The notes under the pieces are model-generated. The model was not told where the DNA came from. It made no database searches and saw only the letters and a program-made list of their open reading frames with translations. A program made the position numbers and the translations under genes. From UHGV virus genome UHGV-0102749: a DNA stretch of 18,456 bases; one strand, 5' to 3'. The stretch is from a virus. Shown in pieces: positions 15,648-18,456 of the stretch. The stretch's first letter is position 1, and every line of letters begins with the position of its first letter.

Positions 15648-15779
15648 TTGTTACAGATGTGCGAAGGCCTCCCGCCACAAGGTGCAGGAAAGGCCCGGAA
15701 CAGGAATTAATGGAGTTTGTTTTGCTGCCGGATGAGCTGCTGAAGCCCGACGTGGTTTCCGGCAGTTGGAGGTGCTCAT
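15648..15779 (-). CDS. Possible small ORF (43 aa) filling a 140-bp gap in the early operon
   Basis: ATG at 15779 overlaps the stop of the upstream gene (ATGA). Translation MSTSNCRKPRRASAAHPAAKQTPLIPVPGLSCTLWREAFAHL. Support is weak and it may be non-coding. Confidence 0.2.
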
Positions 15780-16021
15780 GCTCTGATTTCCCTCAGTAGC
15801 TGGTTGAACATCTGGGTTAGTGGGTTGCTACACCCAAACGGCATCGGGTTTACCAGATAAGAAAAGCGACCGCCTGTTTTGCGCTCTTTTCTTATGACTG
15901 AACCGCTGCGCCAGAGACGGCGTAGCTCCACATTAATGGTTGTGGTTGGTGTATTCAGTGCTGCGGCGATTTCTCCACCGCTACAACCCGGATTGGCAGC
16001 GATGTAGTCCAGAATGGTCAT
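15776..16021 (-). CDS. Small probable winged-helix DNA-binding protein (early operon)
   Basis: 81 aa; MTILDYIAANPGCSGGEIAAAL…ELRRLWRSGSVIRKERKTGGRFSYLV has the pattern of a winged-helix/MarR-like fold; ATGA-coupled to the upstream gene. Confidence 0.5.
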   Translation of the reverse strand: MTILDYIAANPGCSGGEIAAALNTPTTTINVELRRLWRSGSVIRKERKTGGRFSYLVNPMPFGCSNPLTQMFNQLLREIRA

Positions 16022-16221
16022 CTGCGTGACTCCTGTACCTGTCTGATAAGATTCACCTGCACCACGTTGGTGGCGCAGAAGTAAGTGCCGTCAGTGAGAT
16101 AGATGTGATGTGCATCCTTTTCTGAACGGTGTTTGTCGATTGTGGTAATCAGGCGTTCGTCAACTTCGTATTCACGTCCTCTGGAGGTGAAACGAACGAC
16201 AGGAAAATGCTTAATTGCCAT
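16018..16221 (-). CDS. Hypothetical early protein
   Basis: 67 aa; strong SD AAGGAGG 5 nt upstream of ATG 16221. Confidence 0.5.
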   Translation of the reverse strand: MAIKHFPVVRFTSRGREYEVDERLITTIDKHRSEKDAHHIYLTDGTYFCATNVVQVNLIRQVQESRR

Positions 16222-16308
16222 TACGCCTCCTTGGCGTGTGCGAATACCTCCGCGAATGCGGATTGTTTTTACATTTTCTTATTTAACCTAGGGTTTTTAT
16301 TTGCGCTG

Positions 16309-16422
16309 TTATTCGCCAGTGAAAATGCGTTCAATCTTTTTTACTGAATGAATAATTTGCATAATCCCAATGGCGCAGACCACCGAAATAATCAGGACAA
16401 GCCATGAGATAAATATACTCAT
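16309..16422 (-). CDS. Small hydrophobic membrane peptide (37 aa)
   Basis: ATG 16422 overlaps the stop of the upstream gene (ATGA). Translation MSIFISWLVLIISVVCAIGIMQIIHSVKKIERIFTGE is one TM helix plus a basic tail. Below the ORF-track length cutoff. Confidence 0.45.
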   Translation of the reverse strand: MSIFISWLVLIISVVCAIGIMQIIHSVKKIERIFTGE

Positions 16423-16661
16423 GCAATATTCCCCAGCTTATACGGTTCAATATGCTCCCCGCATTCTGCGGCACAGATCAGCTCGGAAAGTTCGTTAAGT
16501 GCATCCAGATCATCAGCGTAAAAAGCCACGTCATACAGACTCCGGATTGCCCTGGTCAATGAGTCACGGGCTGCACGTTCAGCATGAGCACCTGATGCAC
16601 TTAAGCGAAAATAAAAACGCTCAAGTGCTTTGTTAATGAGAGTTTTATATTCTTTGCCCAT
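16419..16661 (-). CDS. Hypothetical early protein
   Basis: 80 aa; SD AAGGG; same operon and strand. Confidence 0.5.
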   Translation of the reverse strand: MGKEYKTLINKALERFYFRLSASGAHAERAARDSLTRAIRSLYDVAFYADDLDALNELSELICAAECGEHIEPYKLGNIA

Positions 16662-16672
16662 CGCAACGCCCT

Positions 16673-16951
16673 TTAATCTGCTTTCTGAATTTCAGCTTCT
16701 GAATCCATACAAATAATTTCGATATAGGGTTCATCGCCATTAATCTTACGTGCTTTTTCAGCTTCGCTAATGATTCCGTGTACAGTCTGGTACGGAAGTT
16801 CTACGGTCAGGCGCGTGCCGTTCAGATAAACGTAAGTAGCTGCATTTTTTTCTGATGGGACAACTCCATCAATAGCTGATGCGCGCAATAACAGTTCACC
16901 GCGAAAATCAATAAAACGGATAAATACACCTTGTGCATGCTCTTTGGTCAT
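16673..16951 (-). CDS. Hypothetical early protein
   Basis: Start taken at internal ATG 16951 (MTKEHAQGVF…) so it does not overlap the upstream gene; the ORF-track start at 17050 overlaps 16962..17300. Confidence 0.45.
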   Translation of the reverse strand: MTKEHAQGVFIRFIDFRGELLLRASAIDGVVPSEKNAATYVYLNGTRLTVELPYQTVHGIISEAEKARKINGDEPYIEIICMDSEAEIQKAD

Positions 16952-16961
16952 AACGCACCTG

Positions 16962-17300
16962 TTATAAATCAGTCTGTTTAATAAAACTTTGCCCGCGAAG
17001 CAGACGATCAACCGTGCGAAGTGCTTCGTATAATGTGAAATCCTGTCCAAACTGAGTGTCGCCGTTGCTCAGAGCAAAAATGCGGTTTCCGGTAAATGGG
17101 TTGCGTTGGCATCTGTGAACCACGATTCCAGCTTTTTCAATCAGCCAGGTGTGTTCGCCAATTTGTTTTACTGTATGGCCATCTGGCGTTGCGTGCGTCT
17201 CGCTCAGGCTGTAGCGGATGTTGCTGCGTGATGCGCTGGTAGCGAAACGGTTAGCTTGGCGTTCCGTTTCGGTGCGAAAATTACGGCGTTGCTTCAGCAT
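16962..17300 (-). CDS. Hypothetical early protein
   Basis: 112 aa; SD GAGGTG 7 nt upstream of ATG 17300. Confidence 0.5.
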   Translation of the reverse strand: MLKQRRNFRTETERQANRFATSASRSNIRYSLSETHATPDGHTVKQIGEHTWLIEKAGIVVHRCQRNPFTGNRIFALSNGDTQFGQDFTLYEALRTVDRLLRGQSFIKQTDL

Positions 17301-17314
17301 AAAATGACACCTCG

Positions 17315-17593
17315 TTATTTTGTCATCTGCACGTATTTCTCTGCGTTTCTGATGGTTTTCAGGAAAATTGCGAAGAGATTTACTGTACGTTTTGAGTTTT
17401 TTTCTTCTTGGTTGATGGGAAGGGCTGCTCTGTCAGCCTGCCTTTTCACTGCATTAACAGTTTGATTGGTACGCTTCGCGTAATCTTTCAGGCTTTCTTC
17501 GAGTACCGGTAATCCATGCTCATCGCGGTATGGGTAGAACGCCGCCAAACGCTCAAAATCCGCTTGCTCGTATGTGTTCAAGAGCTTTGTCAT
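17315..17593 (-). CDS. cox: Cox/Apl-like excisionase-repressor (first gene of early operon)
   Basis: 92 aa, divergent from the C repressor. DYAKRTNQTVNAVKRQADRAALPI parallels the P2 Cox helix-turn-helix (FAKLIGKSTGAVRRMIDKGKLPV, recalled). Position matches P2 cox. Confidence 0.55.
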   Translation of the reverse strand: MTKLLNTYEQADFERLAAFYPYRDEHGLPVLEESLKDYAKRTNQTVNAVKRQADRAALPINQEEKNSKRTVNLFAIFLKTIRNAEKYVQMTK

Positions 17594-17684
17594 GATGTGA
17601 TAACCTGTTCAGTCTGTGGTTATTTGTTGCTAAAAGTCGTCTCTAGGCGACTTTTAGGGTTAATTTAGTCGTCTGGAGACCACC
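17594..17684. promoter_or_regulatory. Lysis-lysogeny switch region (face-to-face Pe/Pc promoters and operators)
   Basis: 91-bp region between the divergent cox-like and C genes. Perfect dyad AAAAGTCG-N8-CGACTTTT (17632..17655) and direct repeat AGTCGTCT at 17635 and 17667 (32 bp apart). Confidence 0.5.
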
Positions 17685-17996
17685 ATGTCAAGTGGGTACG
17701 AAAAAAAACTGAAAGAGATACGGAAAAGTGAAGGGTTAACTCAAGCTGAGTTTGCAGATGTTACTGGGATAAATCTCGGAACTATAAAGAATTATGAGAG
17801 CGGTAAAAGAGAGGTTGGTTTAAGCGTTGTTGATCGCGTAATTAATTCTAAGGATTTCGAAAAATACACTATATGGCTTATGACGGGAAAAACAAATGAG
17901 GCTGCTGGGCAGATCAGTCCCTCTCTCTCCCCTGATGGGCCAGAAAACACATCGTCTTCTCAAAAATCCCGCAAGACTGGTACACAGCCCGGCTAA
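17685..17996 (+). CDS. C: Immunity repressor, P2 C-like (HTH)
   Basis: 103 aa. LTQAEFADVTGINLGTIKNYESGKR is a typical HTH, and KYTIWLMTGKTNEAAGQISPSL parallels P2 C (KYTLWFMTNQIAPESGQIAPAL, recalled). Located immediately upstream of int as in P2. Confidence 0.75.
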   Translation: MSSGYEKKLKEIRKSEGLTQAEFADVTGINLGTIKNYESGKREVGLSVVDRVINSKDFEKYTIWLMTGKTNEAAGQISPSLSPDGPENTSSSQKSRKTGTQPG

Positions 17997-18045
17997 TCAT
18001 GGAACGCTGGGGGCATGGTGGTCTTGTAACGCTGGGGTTTCACGA

Positions 18046-18456
18046 ATGAGCATAAAATCAATTCCGGGAGGGTATCTTCTTGACATGCGCCCTGAGGGGC
18101 GTAAAGGCAAACGCATTCGCAAAAAATTTAAAACGAAATCGGATGCAGTTTTATATGAGCGGTGGGTGCTGGCGCAACAGCATAACAATGAGTGGAAAGG
18201 AAACTCCATTGATCGCCGTCCGCTGTCGGTGCTTATTGACTTGTGGTGGAAATACCACGGCCAGCTAATGAAGTCAGGGCATAACACGCGCCTTAAATTG
18301 CTGCGCTTGAGTGAGGCAATGGATGACCCGTGTGTGCATAAACTTAATACAACGATGCTCACCGAGCTACGTGTGTCCAGGATAGAGCAGGGGATACAGC
18401 CCATAAGCGCTAACTTAAGGGTTGAACCATCTGAAGAATGCGACGCCTCGGTGCCT
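18046..18456 (+). CDS. int: Tyrosine integrase, P2 Int-like (N-terminal part; continues past window end)
   Basis: Translation from ATG 18046 (MSIKSIPGGYLLDMRPEGRKGKRIRKKFKTKSDAVLYERWVLAQQHNNEW…) matches the P2 Int N-terminus (MAIKKLDDGRYEVDIRPTGRNGKRIRRKFDKKSEAVAFEK…); open to the window end. Absent from the ORF track because it is truncated. Confidence 0.8.
   Translation, partial: MSIKSIPGGYLLDMRPEGRKGKRIRKKFKTKSDAVLYERWVLAQQHNNEWKGNSIDRRPLSVLIDLWWKYHGQLMKSGHNTRLKLLRLSEAMDDPCVHKLNTTMLTELRVSRIEQGIQPISANLRVEPSEECDASVP

Noticed and set aside
12420-15799. Plus-strand ORFs including 14726..15799 (357 aa), 13351..13836 and 12795..13247
   Set aside because: Antisense to gene A, whose HUH and YxxxY motifs are clear; the translations are Arg/Cys/Pro-rich, as expected for GC-rich antisense frames.
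17997-18404. 135-aa minus-strand ORF
   Set aside because: Antisense to the integrase N-terminus, which matches P2 Int closely.
1-18456. Search for tRNA, rRNA, CRISPR arrays, IS elements and att sites
   Set aside because: No repeat-spacer arrays, no terminal inverted repeats with a transposase, and no stretch I could fold into a tRNA cloverleaf by eye. The prophage attachment sites must lie outside the window, beyond int on the right and beyond the tail genes on the left.

Overview
The window reads as a P2-like (Peduovirus-type) temperate prophage of an enterobacterial host, covering most of the genome apart from the tail genes. I had no search tools, so all calls rest on reading the sequence, motifs I recognise, and gene order. 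Left to right: the 5' part of a DUF1737/SGNH-esterase-like gene (-), a lysis cassette (spanins, M15-peptidase endolysin, holin; -), the capsid genes X, L, M, N, O (-), the divergent terminase ATPase P and portal Q (+), an orphan cargo gene, a ~610 bp non-coding region that probably holds cos, an AT-rich two-gene module (ABC-type ATPase + small RloB/Toprim-like protein; +), a ParR/ParM partition cassette (-), the rolling-circle initiator A and the early operon (-), and the divergent C repressor and integrase (+). The strongest candidate for a new system is the AT-rich ATPase + Toprim-like pair at 9237..10957, which sits where P2 carries its tin/old exclusion genes. The ParMR cassette inside an integrase-bearing prophage and the orphan gene 8101..8625 are the next most interesting. 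No rRNA, tRNA or CRISPR array was recognised.
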